The notes under the pieces are model-generated. The model was not told the origin of the DNA, made no database searches, and saw only the letters and a list, made by a program, of their open reading frames with translations. Below, in pieces: positions 28,195 to 38,861 of a stretch of DNA of 64,000 nt (positions are counted from its first letter, which is position 1; every line of letters begins with the position of its first letter). The translations under genes were made by a program, and so were the position numbers. Where the stretch lies: positions 8,155 through 72,154 of the forward strand of contig LBVU01000001.1 of NCBI GenBank assembly GCA_000993205.1, written 5' to 3'. Source of the stretch: Candidatus Woesebacteria bacterium GW2011_GWB1_39_10. Lineage in GTDB: Bacteria > Patescibacteriota > Microgenomatia > UBA8517.

Positions 28195-30564
28195 TCATTG
28201 ACTTCCGGTTGCGGCACCAGAATTCAGAATATTCCCTTCTTGGATAATTGGTGCGGGTGTGGCGCAAATGCGGTGGGTTGGTCTCTTTTCATCCAAAAAC
28301 CATTCCTGTTTTGTTGGACAGCCATTACAGGGAAGATTGCCGGTGAGTGTGCAAATATTAACCTTACTTATGCCCTCTGGCACTTTCCAGTCAATTGACG
28401 GCGCTTCTCCCAGAATCCCCGACATTATCTTATTCCATATTGGGGATGCTCCGGTTACACCTGAGGCAATGCGGCTCATTGGTGAATTGTCATTATTTCC
28501 TACCCAGGTTAATACCAGAAAGTTTTGATTAAATCCCACAGCCCAATTATCTCTAAGGTCATTACTTGTGCCGGTTTTTACTGCTACCTCGGGATGATTT
28601 TTAATAACAAGATATGAATTTAATCCAAATTCAGGGGCGCGGGCGAGGTTGTCTTTTAAAATATCAATAAGCATAAATGCTATGCGTGGATCAAGTATCC
28701 TTTCCCCGCTGACTTCATTCGATGTGTTGCGCGCAAGTAGAACCCTGCCTTTGTAGTCTTTGACTGTTAGAATCGGGATAAAATCCGGACGTTTTCCGTA
28801 ACTTGCGAGAACACTATATACTTTTGCCAAGTCAATTGCTTTGACGGCTCCTCCTCCCAAAGTCAGAGAAAGCCCGAATTTGGAGGGATCATTCCACGAA
28901 GTGATACCCATTTTTTGTCCCTGTTCGATCATTTTGGATACACCGTAACTTACAAGGATCTTGACTGCCGGAATGTTACGCGATTGGGCAAGGGCGTTTC
29001 TAAGAGGAATATTTCCGACGAATTTCCCGTCATAGTTTTGTGGCGAATAGGGAGGTGAACCGGGAGTAACATACGTAATCGGTGAATCATTGATGATTGT
29101 GGCAGGAGTAAAACCGTTACCTAGGGCGTAGGCGTAATTGACAACTTTTATTGAACTTCCGGGTTGTCTGAGTCTTGTCAAGACATTTACATTACCATCA
29201 CCTGTGGTATCAAAATAATTTTTGGAGCCCACCATGCTTAGAATCTCTCCTGTCTGTGGGTTGACGACTAAAGCGGCGCCGTTACCCACATGAAGACCTT
29301 TAATTTTATCGACTTCCTGCGATACCACTTTTTCTACCAAGTTCTGAACATTGAGGTCCAACGAAGTTGTCACTTCAAGTCCACCCTTTTCTACCATATC
29401 CTCGCCGTATTTGTCCACCAAAATTTGTCTGACATACATAACAAAATGGGGGGCCTTGATCTCGGTTTTTTTAGGTAGAAATTTTAGCTTTTGATTCATA
29501 GCTTCAGTTTCTTGGTTTTTTGTGATAAATTTGTTCACTACCATTAGGTGAAGGACTTCTTTTTGTCTTTCAAACGCTAGGTCCGGATTTTGTCCGAAAG
29601 GCGAATAAAGAGTTGGACTTTTGGGTAAACCGGCAAGTAATGCCGCTTCCCCAAGTGTTAAATCGGCAGCATCTTTTCCAAAATAAGAAAGACTTGCTTC
29701 CTCAATTCCGTAAGCGGTGCCTCCGTAACTTACTTCATTAAGGTACATTTCCAGTATTCGATCTTTTGTATAAGATGTTTCAACTTCGACGGACAAGACC
29801 ACTTCCTTTATTTTTCTAAGTATTGTTTTTTCGGGTGAGAGAAGGGTATTTTTGACGAGCTGTTGGGTTATGGTTGAGCCGCCCTGCAGAGACCCGTTTT
29901 GCAAATCAGTGACTGCCGCTCTAAAAATCCCTTTTATGGAAAATCCGGGGTGAGAATAAAATTCAGCATCCTCTGCGGCCAGAGTTGCAAGACGGACATG
30001 GGGAGGAATTTGAGTTAGTGGTACGATCGTCCGGTTTTTGTCTTTATAAATTTTATAAAGTAAATTACCGTTTCTATCATAAATTTTGGTGGACACTTCC
30101 GGTTCTCTGGTGCCAAGATCCTTAGGAGAGGGAAGACCGCGGAAAATTAATAAATAAGAATCAAGAATTAAGAATAATAGGACAGCAACAATGGCGAAAA
30201 ATTTGGATTTATAATTTGGCCTAAATTTTCTGATAGGGTTTACAATCTTTCCGATAATCCTTTTAAAATTAAAGAGAATTTTTAATTCAAGAAGTGCAAT
30301 CCTCAGGCTTTGGAGTTTGAAAATAATTTTGAAATTTGGAAAACTAGACCTTGGTAATTTTACCTTTCTCTTTTCTGTGTTTGTTTTTCGGGTAGTTTTG
30401 CCAACCGTAAATAAAATATAAAAGATCGCAATTACAGTATGGGATAAAACGAAGTAGATTGGTTTTCCAACCAGAGCCAGACCCTCAATAATTATTCTGA
30501 TGAGAGAGTGTCTAAAATTTTGGGCAGGCGTTTCATTTGGTTTGACGTTTGGCTGTTTCGCCAT
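28195..30564 (-). CDS. Class A penicillin-binding protein (PBP1A family)
   Basis: AED..F, GGSTITQQL, SSIK, SRN and KTGT. Confidence 0.92.
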   Translation of the reverse strand: MAKQPNVKPNETPAQNFRHSLIRIIIEGLALVGKPIYFVLSHTVIAIFYILFTVGKTTRKTNTEKRKVKLPRSSFPNFKIIFKLQSLRIALLELKILFNFKRIIGKIVNPIRKFRPNYKSKFFAIVAVLLFLILDSYLLIFRGLPSPKDLGTREPEVSTKIYDRNGNLLYKIYKDKNRTIVPLTQIPPHVRLATLAAEDAEFYSHPGFSIKGIFRAAVTDLQNGSLQGGSTITQQLVKNTLLSPEKTILRKIKEVVLSVEVETSYTKDRILEMYLNEVSYGGTAYGIEEASLSYFGKDAADLTLGEAALLAGLPKSPTLYSPFGQNPDLAFERQKEVLHLMVVNKFITKNQETEAMNQKLKFLPKKTEIKAPHFVMYVRQILVDKYGEDMVEKGGLEVTTSLDLNVQNLVEKVVSQEVDKIKGLHVGNGAALVVNPQTGEILSMVGSKNYFDTTGDGNVNVLTRLRQPGSSIKVVNYAYALGNGFTPATIINDSPITYVTPGSPPYSPQNYDGKFVGNIPLRNALAQSRNIPAVKILVSYGVSKMIEQGQKMGITSWNDPSKFGLSLTLGGGAVKAIDLAKVYSVLASYGKRPDFIPILTVKDYKGRVLLARNTSNEVSGERILDPRIAFMLIDILKDNLARAPEFGLNSYLVIKNHPEVAVKTGTSNDLRDNWAVGFNQNFLVLTWVGNNDNSPMSRIASGVTGASPIWNKIMSGILGEAPSIDWKVPEGISKVNICTLTGNLPCNGCPTKQEWFLDEKRPTHRICATPAPIIQEGNILNSGAATGSQ

Positions 30565-30612
30565 TACGGGGTATTGTACCAGCCAAGCCTGAATTTTAAA
30601 AGGAAATTATAC

Positions 30613-32844
30613 TTACTGAAGAGGATATCTGATTGTGGCGGATGAGCTGGCAATAGGGCAATCCAGACAATAAACCGCGCCGGTAGGGTCTGTATAAATT
30701 TGGCGGTTTTCTGCATGGATTTGTGACGGATCGGCATTTGCCGGGGCCTGTTGACCCGTGTCATTAAAAATGAAAATATCCTGATTTGTAATTAAAGAAG
30801 TGGCGGGAATGGTCCCGTCCAGGAAATATTCAAATCTTGTTTGACATCCGGGATTATTCGGGTCGCTTGAAGGGGGAGATCCTCCGGTATTGGTACATAT
30901 GTTGGCTCCAGTTACGCCTTCAGGTTGTTTTGGCCAGGCGTGACCACGGTTGCCGGCGGGTATGCTTTTTCCATCTAATTCATATGCACCAGCCTCAGCT
31001 TTATCAAGCACGGCTTTCATGACTTTATTCCAAATAGGGGAAGCGCCACTTATTCCCGATACGGCACCGCTCATTTGAGAGTTATCGTTGTTTCCTACCC
31101 AGGTGACTACAACCGCGTCTCCTGTATAACCAATAGTCCAATTGTCACGTCTGTCGTTGGTCGTTCCTGTTTTGACCGAAACTTCGGAATGACCCTTTAC
31201 ATTAAGTTGGGAATTTGTTCCAAAAGCCGCGCTTCTGGCCCCGTTATCAAGTAATATATGGGAAATAAGAAAAGTTACAGTTGGGTCAAGAACACGTGTT
31301 CCGGTCAGTTCTTGTTTTTTGACATCGGTTTGTTCAAGAGTAATTCCTTTCCAATCGGTTACTTTTGTTATGGCGATAAGAGGCTCTCTTATTCCTTGAT
31401 TTGCAAACACCCCAAAAGCTTCAGCCATGTCATATGGTCTAACTTCACCCCCACCAAGAGTCAGAGAAAGGCCGTAGTTCTTTGGATCAATGAAAGTCGA
31501 AATACCAATTTGATTAGCAAATCCGACAAAATTGTCAACACCGTTAATGGCAAGTATTTTGACTGCCGGGATATTAAATGAATTTCCTAAGGCGAAACGG
31601 GTTTGAACTAAACCGTGAAACATTCCATCATAATTAACTGGACAATAAAGAGGCTGTCCTGGAACTTGAAAACAAGAAGGAACGTCCGACAAGGCTGTTG
31701 CCAGTGTAATCTTTTTGTCCCTTATGGCAAGAGCGTAATTAAGAGGTTTAATTGAGCTCCCGGGCTGTCTTTGGGCCAGAATCACATTTACTTTTCCGTC
31801 TTCGTCTGACGCAAAATAATCCTTTGATCCGACCATGGCTAAGATTTCTCCCGTAGAAGGTTGTGTTACGATCACTGCGCCATTGTGGACATTTTGTTTT
31901 TTAAGTTTTCCGACTTCTGTAGCCACGGCTTGTTGGGCAATATCCTGGATATCAAGGTCGAGCGTTGTGTAAACCCTTAAACCCCCCTGTTCGACTTTTT
32001 GTACACCGTATTTATCGGTTAGTTGTTCTTTTATCCAGAGGGCGAAGTGAGGGGCGGCGGGAGGTTTAATGCTTGTATATTTTAACGTTTCTTTACCGGC
32101 ATTAGTAGCATCATCTGTGCTTATATATTTATTAGCCACCATCTGTTTTAGAACTTCTTCCTGCCTCAACTTTGCAAGTTCAGGGTGTGCCCCGAAGGGA
32201 GAATAAGTTGATGGTCTTTGCGGAAGCCCAACCAGCAGGGCCGCTTCGGCAAGATTTAGATCTTTGGCTTGTTTGCCGAAGTAGGTCTCGCTGGCAGTCT
32301 CGATTCCGTAGGCGGTTCCTCCGTATGGGATTTCGTTAAGGTACATTTCGAGTATTTGATCTTTTGTATATATACCCTCAACGATTATTGTTAGAACCAC
32401 TTCCTGAGCTTTACGTCTTATCGTTCGCTCTTGTGTTAAAAGGGCATTTTTAACGAGCTGTTGGCTAATTGTGGAACCTCCCTGAAGATCTCTCTTAAAC
32501 ACATTGTTGTAAATAGCCCTTGTAATTCCAGTTACAGAAAACCCTTGATGTTTATAAAAATCTTTATCCTCAATTGAGATTGTAGCCTCGGGGATAAATT
32601 TAGGAAGCTCAGAGAGCTTAATGGGGGAACGTTTTTTGTCAGTATAAATTTCATAAATTAATTTTTCATTACGGTCAAAAATTTTTGTTGAGACGGGTAG
32701 ATTTTGTGATGCAAGACGTGTTGGGAGGGGAATGCCCCAAAAAAGATACAGAAACGTTCCTCCGAAAATTCCAAAAAATATGATACGTTTGACATTCCGT
32801 CTAATCGAAAGATGTTCCTCGATTTTTTTAAGTATGTTTTTCAT
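30613..32844 (-). CDS. Class A penicillin-binding protein, tandem paralog
   Basis: IED..F, GGSTISQQL, SSIK, SFN and KTGT. Confidence 0.92.
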   Translation of the reverse strand: MKNILKKIEEHLSIRRNVKRIIFFGIFGGTFLYLFWGIPLPTRLASQNLPVSTKIFDRNEKLIYEIYTDKKRSPIKLSELPKFIPEATISIEDKDFYKHQGFSVTGITRAIYNNVFKRDLQGGSTISQQLVKNALLTQERTIRRKAQEVVLTIIVEGIYTKDQILEMYLNEIPYGGTAYGIETASETYFGKQAKDLNLAEAALLVGLPQRPSTYSPFGAHPELAKLRQEEVLKQMVANKYISTDDATNAGKETLKYTSIKPPAAPHFALWIKEQLTDKYGVQKVEQGGLRVYTTLDLDIQDIAQQAVATEVGKLKKQNVHNGAVIVTQPSTGEILAMVGSKDYFASDEDGKVNVILAQRQPGSSIKPLNYALAIRDKKITLATALSDVPSCFQVPGQPLYCPVNYDGMFHGLVQTRFALGNSFNIPAVKILAINGVDNFVGFANQIGISTFIDPKNYGLSLTLGGGEVRPYDMAEAFGVFANQGIREPLIAITKVTDWKGITLEQTDVKKQELTGTRVLDPTVTFLISHILLDNGARSAAFGTNSQLNVKGHSEVSVKTGTTNDRRDNWTIGYTGDAVVVTWVGNNDNSQMSGAVSGISGASPIWNKVMKAVLDKAEAGAYELDGKSIPAGNRGHAWPKQPEGVTGANICTNTGGSPPSSDPNNPGCQTRFEYFLDGTIPATSLITNQDIFIFNDTGQQAPANADPSQIHAENRQIYTDPTGAVYCLDCPIASSSATIRYPLQ

Positions 32845-32883
32845 CTGCGGAAGGATTATATAATATAATAAGTATATCAATTA

Positions 32884-33402
32884 ATGGAAACACTGGAACA
32901 ATTATCAGAAAAAATATGGTGGGGTTACCTTGGGGAGGATCTTCAAAAACTTCTTAAGGAGTCGGAATTTATTTATTCTACAGTAAAAAGCTGGGGCGCG
33001 GATTTACCGGGTGGAAGACGAGAATTTGATGATTACTCATTTGTTGTTTTTCCTGCAGCCAAAGCCTACGAAGGTTTTTTAAAGAAACTTTTCCTGGACT
33101 TAAATTTTATTACAGATATAGATTATTATGGAAAACATTTCAGGATTGGTAAGGCCCTAAATCCGTCTCTTCCGAAGGAATCCCGACGTGACGGAGTTTA
33201 CGACAAGATTGTCAAGTATTGTGGAGGCGCGGAGCTGGCCGAAAAGCTTTGGGAAACCTGGAAAGAGTCACGGAATCTGATTTTTCATTGGTTCCCAAAC
33301 GAAAAGAATGCTATTTCACTTGAGGAATCCGGCAAAAGAATCGAAATGATAATTGGGGCAATCGATAGAGCTTTCAGGGAATGCAGATTAGATACTAAGT
33401 GA
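32884..33402 (+). CDS. HEPN-like domain protein
   Basis: DYS...KAYEG and RNLIFH (RxxxxH). Confidence 0.6.
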   Translation: METLEQLSEKIWWGYLGEDLQKLLKESEFIYSTVKSWGADLPGGRREFDDYSFVVFPAAKAYEGFLKKLFLDLNFITDIDYYGKHFRIGKALNPSLPKESRRDGVYDKIVKYCGGAELAEKLWETWKESRNLIFHWFPNEKNAISLEESGKRIEMIIGAIDRAFRECRLDTK

Positions 33403-33471
33403 CTCGATACTAAGATATTGAGTGGGCGTGACTTTTTTCCAGGATCCTAGTATCATAGTATCATAGTATCC
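33388..33471. repeat. GATACTAA-type 8-mer array with inverted TAGTATC copies
   Basis: GATACTAAG units overlap the upstream stop codon; TAGTATCA units follow. Confidence 0.7.
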
Positions 33472-33482
33472 TTTTTTACTTT

Positions 33483-34139
33483 ATGACTGTCAAAACATCA
33501 AATATTTCGATATTAAAAAACGTCACGATCTACGCTACGTATCTGATCATAATTTGGGCGTTTTACAGATTTCTTTTCCGCTTCCCCGATGAAATTGAGG
33601 AGTTGGTTATCAAACCGATTGTTTGGCTCATTCCTCTTTTTTACTTTGTTAAAAAAGAAGGGTTTGGAATTTCTTCACTTGGGTTTACTTTTAAGAATCT
33701 TTTTCCTGCAATCTATCTCTCGATAGGGTTAGGCGCGGTATTCGTGATGGAGGGGGTTTTAACCAATTTCGTAAAATACGGAAAATTAAATTTTGGAGCA
33801 AATATTGGAAGCACTCCGCTTATGATGTCGCTTGGACTTTCTTTTATTACAGCTTTTTCTGAAGAGGCTGCTTTTAGGGGATATATTTTTAGCAGGCTCT
33901 CTTTTGCTCTTAAAAATGAATGGTCAGCGAACATTATCCAGACTCTTCTCTGGACGGGGATCCATGTTCCGATAGCGTTTTTTATTTGGGGTTATACTCT
34001 ACCGCAAGGAATCGTGTACTTAAGCTTAACGGCGATATTCGGACTTGGGAGCGCGTTCATTTTCGGTAGGACCAAAAATATTTTTGGAAGTATATTATTG
34101 CATGTTTTGTGGGAATGGCCAATAATTCTTTTTAGGTAG
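33483..34139 (+). CDS. CPBP/Abi intramembrane metalloprotease
   Basis: EEAAFRG, IH and LLH motifs, multiple TM helices. Confidence 0.88.
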   Translation: MTVKTSNISILKNVTIYATYLIIIWAFYRFLFRFPDEIEELVIKPIVWLIPLFYFVKKEGFGISSLGFTFKNLFPAIYLSIGLGAVFVMEGVLTNFVKYGKLNFGANIGSTPLMMSLGLSFITAFSEEAAFRGYIFSRLSFALKNEWSANIIQTLLWTGIHVPIAFFIWGYTLPQGIVYLSLTAIFGLGSAFIFGRTKNIFGSILLHVLWEWPIILFR

Positions 34140-34147
34140 CTTCAAAC

Positions 34148-34183
34148 TTGACAAATTATTTCAATGTGATATCATGATATCAC
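34148..34183 (+). promoter_or_regulatory. Promoter/operator of vapBC-1
   Basis: TTGACA at 34148 and a perfect 18-bp palindrome GTGATATCATGATATCAC at 34166-34183. Confidence 0.7.
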
Positions 34184-34184
34184 T

Positions 34185-34442
34185 ATGGTAGCTACAATAA
34201 TCAGACTTCCAGAAGAAGAACATGAATTTTATAAAGAGTATGCCTACAAAAATGGTATGAGTCTAAATGATTTTTTTAGGTTTTCTGCCCGAGAAATAGC
34301 GGGTAAAAAAGCAATTAAGAGCAAACATTCCTTTTTTGATCTTGGAACAAAGGTTGTGTTTAAAAGTGGCCCAAAAGACGGATCGATAAATCATGATAAA
34401 TATCTTTACGAATTTGAAGATAAGAAAATGCATTCTAAATGA
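34185..34442 (+). CDS. RHH antitoxin (VapB-like)
   Basis: TIIRLP...A...GMSLN and a HDKYLY tail. Precedes a PIN toxin. Confidence 0.75.
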   Translation: MVATIIRLPEEEHEFYKEYAYKNGMSLNDFFRFSAREIAGKKAIKSKHSFFDLGTKVVFKSGPKDGSINHDKYLYEFEDKKMHSK

Positions 34443-34840
34443 TTTTTGTAGACACCTCTGCGATAGCTGCCTTAACTTTTACGAAAGATTCGTTTCATTC
34501 ACGCGCAGAATTATGGTTTTCGGATCACCAAAAAGAGAATTTCATTGTTACAAATTTAGTGATAATCGAAATTCTGAATTGGGTAAGATATAGACTTGGC
34601 AAAAATAAAGCCATTGAATTAGGAGAAAAACTCTATTCAGGCAATGGAATTAGTATTGTTAAAGTTTCTCCTGAGGATGAAAAGAATGCTTGGAGGCTCT
34701 TTAAGAAATTAGGCGGAAAGGGTATTTCGATGGTTGATTGCACTTCTTTTGTTGTAATGAAGAGACTAAAAATTAAAAAGGTGTTTGCATTTGACACCGA
34801 TTTTAAAAAAGCAGGGTTTGACCTCCTTCCCGCGACTTGA
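34439..34840 (+). CDS. VapC PIN-domain toxin
   Basis: FVDTS, E, SMVDC and FDTDF. Confidence 0.88.
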   Translation: MIFVDTSAIAALTFTKDSFHSRAELWFSDHQKENFIVTNLVIIEILNWVRYRLGKNKAIELGEKLYSGNGISIVKVSPEDEKNAWRLFKKLGGKGISMVDCTSFVVMKRLKIKKVFAFDTDFKKAGFDLLPAT

Positions 34841-34877
34841 CTTCGATTGAATACAGTCCTACCATTACAATTACCCG

Positions 34878-35507
34878 ATGTTTAAGAAATATTTGTACGG
34901 AATCCCCCTTTTTGTCCTTGCTTTCGCAATTCTTTCGGTTTCGGTCATGAGATCTACAGCCGTATCTTATGTTTTTGCAACCCCGTTGTCCTCTCCGACA
35001 GCTGTATTAAATAAGGTTACTGAAATAGATTACGAACTTCCATTTCCGGGCAAGGTCTTACCGGATAGTATGTTTTGGGTATTTAAAGTCATGAGGGACA
35101 AATTGTGGTACGGACTGTCATTCTCTCATTTAAAGAAAGCCGAGTTAGCTCTTCTTTTTTCGGACAAACGTCTGGGTGCCGCCAAAATTTTATTTGAAAA
35201 GAAAAAGCCGGATATCGCGCTTTCTACATTGTCTAAAAGCGAGAGATATGTGGAAATCGCAACCAATGAGGAGGATAGGGCGAGAAAAGAGGGGGTAGAC
35301 ACCTCAAAGTTTTTGGAGAAAATGACGGTCGCCGCTCTTAAACATAGGCAGGTTATCGAGGAGGAGATACTGCCGATTTCTCCCGAAGACGCAAAACCGG
35401 AAGTTATCAGACTTGAGAACTACAGTAAAAATGCATACAAGACGTCGAGAGATGCGTTATATTCAAAAGGTAGGTCTGTTCCAATTAATCCGTTTGATAG
35501 GCCATAA
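34878..35507 (+). CDS. DUF5667-like protein
   Basis: PG.VLPDS..W..K...D and DKRL pattern after an N-terminal TM helix. Confidence 0.65.
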   Translation: MFKKYLYGIPLFVLAFAILSVSVMRSTAVSYVFATPLSSPTAVLNKVTEIDYELPFPGKVLPDSMFWVFKVMRDKLWYGLSFSHLKKAELALLFSDKRLGAAKILFEKKKPDIALSTLSKSERYVEIATNEEDRARKEGVDTSKFLEKMTVAALKHRQVIEEEILPISPEDAKPEVIRLENYSKNAYKTSRDALYSKGRSVPINPFDRP

Positions 35508-35742
35508 CCAGCGCTATTGTTTATCTTTTTTGAACCATTCTTTCTAATTTCAAATTTTTGATTTCCGCAAGATTCCCCGCGAGCAAAATAAATTCAAAAA
35601 AACTGGCCTCAATCGACGCCTAAGGTGATACGTTTTGCTATAAATGTTGGCAGTTGATAGTCTAGAGGTAGTGTCTAATAATCACCTTTATCACTAGTTG
35701 TAGAGCGTTTGCTTTACACAAGTGAAAAGATAAAAACTAAAT

Positions 35743-36177
35743 ATGAAATGTCCATTTTGCGGAGCGGCAGATACGAGCGTTCTCGAAAGCAGGACTGTTG
35801 ATGGAAAAGTTAGGCGGAGGCGGGAGTGCAGCAAATGTGAGAAAAGATTTACAACTTTTGAAGAAGTAAAAAAAACCTTCCTCTGGGTGATTAAAAAAGA
35901 TGGACGGCGCGAGCCGTTTGATAAGGAAAAGATCAGAAGGGGAATATTGAGGGCAATACTTAAGCGTCCGGTCTCGATGGATCAGGTAGAGGGGGTTTTG
36001 GAAGATGTCGAACGGGAAATGCTTAAAGCGGAGGAAGCTGAGGTCCAAAGTAGAGCTATAGGAAATGCAATTTTGAAAAGACTTAAGAAACTGGATAAAG
36101 TAGCGTGGTTAAGATTCGCCAGCGTCTATCTTGAATTTGAAGACCTAAGTGATTTTGAAAAAGCCATAGAGAAGTAG
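35743..36177 (+). CDS. nrdR: Transcriptional repressor NrdR
   Basis: MKCPFC, RRRREC..C..RFTTFE, ATP cone and RFASVY. Confidence 0.95.
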   Translation: MKCPFCGAADTSVLESRTVDGKVRRRRECSKCEKRFTTFEEVKKTFLWVIKKDGRREPFDKEKIRRGILRAILKRPVSMDQVEGVLEDVEREMLKAEEAEVQSRAIGNAILKRLKKLDKVAWLRFASVYLEFEDLSDFEKAIEK

Positions 36178-36206
36178 GACTTCTCTGGCACTAGGTTCAG
36201 TCGCGC

Positions 36207-36222
36207 ACACAACAAGTTGTGT
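36207..36222. promoter_or_regulatory. Putative NrdR box
   Basis: 16-bp near-palindrome ACACAACAAGTTGTGT upstream of nrdJ. Confidence 0.6.
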
Positions 36223-36286
36223 GGCTTCTGAAATCTATTGTTGAGAAATAGAATAAGATCCTGAAACAAGTTCAGGATGACAAAAT

Positions 36287-38746
36287 ATGCCGGAAACAAT
36301 ACAAATACAAAAACCAAAAAAGAAACACACAAATGGGAAAAGCAAAAAACATTTAACGAATGCAGATTTTGTTTTTGAAGCTCCTGCAAATTCTACGTTA
36401 CTTGAAGGGATAAGAAAAGACGTTTTTCTTGACAGATATTCACTTAAGGACGAAACCGGCACACCGCTTGAGCAGTATCCCGAACAAATGTGGAAGAGAG
36501 TAGCTTTGGGGATTTCCCAACAAGAAAAACCGGCGCTAAGGAAAGTTTGGGAAGAAAAATTCTATAACGCGATGAGCGGATTTAAATTTGTCCCGGCGGG
36601 GCGTATTCTGTCCGGCGCCGGGACTCCTTATCAGGTTACTTATTACAACTGTTATGTAATTCCATCACCCAAAGACAGTCGTGGTGGAATTATGGAAAAC
36701 ATTACGATGACAGTAGAAATTCAGGCCAGAGGCGGTGGAGTCGGGGTGAATTTAAGTTCTTTAAGACCCAGGGGATCAAGAGTTAAAAAAGTAAATGGGA
36801 CCTCCTCCGGCCCTGTTAATTGGGCCGCTCTTTATTCAACGGCAAATCATGATGTGATCCAGCAGGGCGGTTCCCGCCGTGGGGCCCTGATGATAATGAT
36901 TAATGATTGGCACCCCGATGTTGAAGAATTTATTACAGTTAAACAGGATCTCACGAAAATTCCCGGCGCGAATCTTTCAGTATGTGTCTCCGACGCATTT
37001 ATGGATGCTGTTAAAACGGATGCCGATTGGAATTTAGTCTTTCCGGATAATGCCTATTATAAGTACGACGATGAGTGGGATGGAGACTTGGACAAATGGA
37101 AGGAGAAAGATTATCCGCTGATAGTTCACAAAACCATAAAAGCCAGAGAACTATGGAATTTGATTGGAGAAGCAGCATGGAAATCGGCCGAGCCGGGGGT
37201 GGTTTTTATTGACAGGTACAATAAATTGAGTAATACCTGGTATTTTGAAAAAATCATTGCCACCAACCCGTGTGGAGAGCAGGGCTTGGGAGCTTGGGGG
37301 GTTTGCAACCTGGGGCATTTGAATCTTCCGTCATTCATTCACGACGGGGCTGTCGACTTTAAACTTCTTGCAGAACACGCCTCAATTGCTACACGATTTT
37401 TAGACAATGTGGTAGATGCCAACTATTATTTTTATGAAGAAAATAAAAAGGCGCAACTGAATATAAGACGCACGGGACTCGGAACTTTGGGACTTGCGGA
37501 TGCATTAATCAAAATGAAACTTAAATACGGAAGCCCAGAATCCTTGGGGGTTATCGAAAAAATATACACAACGATTCGCGACGCGGCTTATACGACTTCA
37601 GCGCTTCTCGCCAAAGAAAAAGGATCTTTTGGAGGGTTCAGTAAAGAAAAATACCTAAAAGGTGTGTTTATCCAAAAACTTCCGGTAAAAATTAAACACA
37701 TGATTTCTAACCACGGAATAAGAAATGCTATAATTTTGACCCAAGCACCGACCGGTACAATCTCTCTTCTTGCGGGAGTTTCTTCCGGTATCGAGCCGGT
37801 TTACGAATTTAGTTATAAAAGAAACGATAGAACGGGGGAGCATATTGTTAATCACCCTCTTTACGACGAATGGTTTAAGAATCATCCGTCGGAAAAGATT
37901 CCGGATTATTTTGTCAGTGCCAGTGCCTTAACCCCAGAGGATCATGTGAAAGTTCAGGCAATGATCCAAAATTTAACTGACTCCTCGATAAGTAAGACCG
38001 TAAATGCTCCCAATTCTCACACGGTGGAAGATGTTAAAAAACTCTACCAGCTTGCATATGAACTTGGGTGTAAAGGTGTTACATATTTTAGAGACGGAAG
38101 TCGAACCGGAGTGTTATCCAAAGTTGACGACAAGCCTCAAGAAACTAAGTCAATCGTTACAGAACGCCCCTTAAGGGTTGACGGAGCAACATATAGAATT
38201 CCAACCCCGCTTGGTGTTGCCTTTATTACAGTAAATCAAGACCCGCTGGGAAATCCTTTTGAGGTATTTATTACCATAGGGAAGGCGGGAAGTGAGGTGG
38301 CTGCCCTTGCCGAGGCATTGGGTCGTATGATTTCTACAACTCTCAGATTTGGAAATCACAAGCCTCCTATCGAGCGGGCGCGTGAGATTATGGAACAACT
38401 TAAAGGAATTGGCGGAGGCAGATCGGTGGGGTTTGGACCGAATAAAATAAGATCGCTTCCCGATGCTGTGGCACGGGCGATATCTCTTCATTTTGGTTTC
38501 GGGGCTGACAAACACGATGCTGTAAACGGGGTTACTTTGCAGGTTGGAATGACTGTTTTGGCAGATGGTGCAGTACCAATGGACACGGCTTTAGTCGATT
38601 CAGCACCCGTTCCTGCCGCGCCCTCACCTTTGTTTGCTCAGGCACCTGTTAAAGCCGGAGACATTTGCCCTTCCTGCGGAAGTAGCGCCCTAGTTTATGA
38701 AGAGGGTTGTGCAAAGTGCCATGTGTGCGGACATTCAGAATGCTGA
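36287..38746 (+). CDS. nrdJ: Class II (AdoCbl-dependent) ribonucleotide reductase with TSCPD domain
   Basis: NCY, NPCGE, APTGT, GCKGVT and C-terminal CPSC...CHVC. Flanked by nrdR and pduO. Confidence 0.92.
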   Translation: MPETIQIQKPKKKHTNGKSKKHLTNADFVFEAPANSTLLEGIRKDVFLDRYSLKDETGTPLEQYPEQMWKRVALGISQQEKPALRKVWEEKFYNAMSGFKFVPAGRILSGAGTPYQVTYYNCYVIPSPKDSRGGIMENITMTVEIQARGGGVGVNLSSLRPRGSRVKKVNGTSSGPVNWAALYSTANHDVIQQGGSRRGALMIMINDWHPDVEEFITVKQDLTKIPGANLSVCVSDAFMDAVKTDADWNLVFPDNAYYKYDDEWDGDLDKWKEKDYPLIVHKTIKARELWNLIGEAAWKSAEPGVVFIDRYNKLSNTWYFEKIIATNPCGEQGLGAWGVCNLGHLNLPSFIHDGAVDFKLLAEHASIATRFLDNVVDANYYFYEENKKAQLNIRRTGLGTLGLADALIKMKLKYGSPESLGVIEKIYTTIRDAAYTTSALLAKEKGSFGGFSKEKYLKGVFIQKLPVKIKHMISNHGIRNAIILTQAPTGTISLLAGVSSGIEPVYEFSYKRNDRTGEHIVNHPLYDEWFKNHPSEKIPDYFVSASALTPEDHVKVQAMIQNLTDSSISKTVNAPNSHTVEDVKKLYQLAYELGCKGVTYFRDGSRTGVLSKVDDKPQETKSIVTERPLRVDGATYRIPTPLGVAFITVNQDPLGNPFEVFITIGKAGSEVAALAEALGRMISTTLRFGNHKPPIERAREIMEQLKGIGGGRSVGFGPNKIRSLPDAVARAISLHFGFGADKHDAVNGVTLQVGMTVLADGAVPMDTALVDSAPVPAAPSPLFAQAPVKAGDICPSCGSSALVYEEGCAKCHVCGHSEC

Positions 38747-38762
38747 AAGCATTCTGAATATG

Positions 38763-38850
38763 AACTCAAATCTAATATCTCAAATCTCAAAACTGTTCTG
38801 GATTTTAAATTTTAGATATAGATTTGAATTTTGATATTTGAGTTTTGAGT
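38763..38850. repeat. Head-to-head 7-mer array (hairpin)
   Basis: AACTCAAA/ATCTCAA units on the left, TTTGA(G/T)AT...TTTGAGTT units on the right. Confidence 0.7.
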
Positions 38851-38861
38851 TATAATACTTC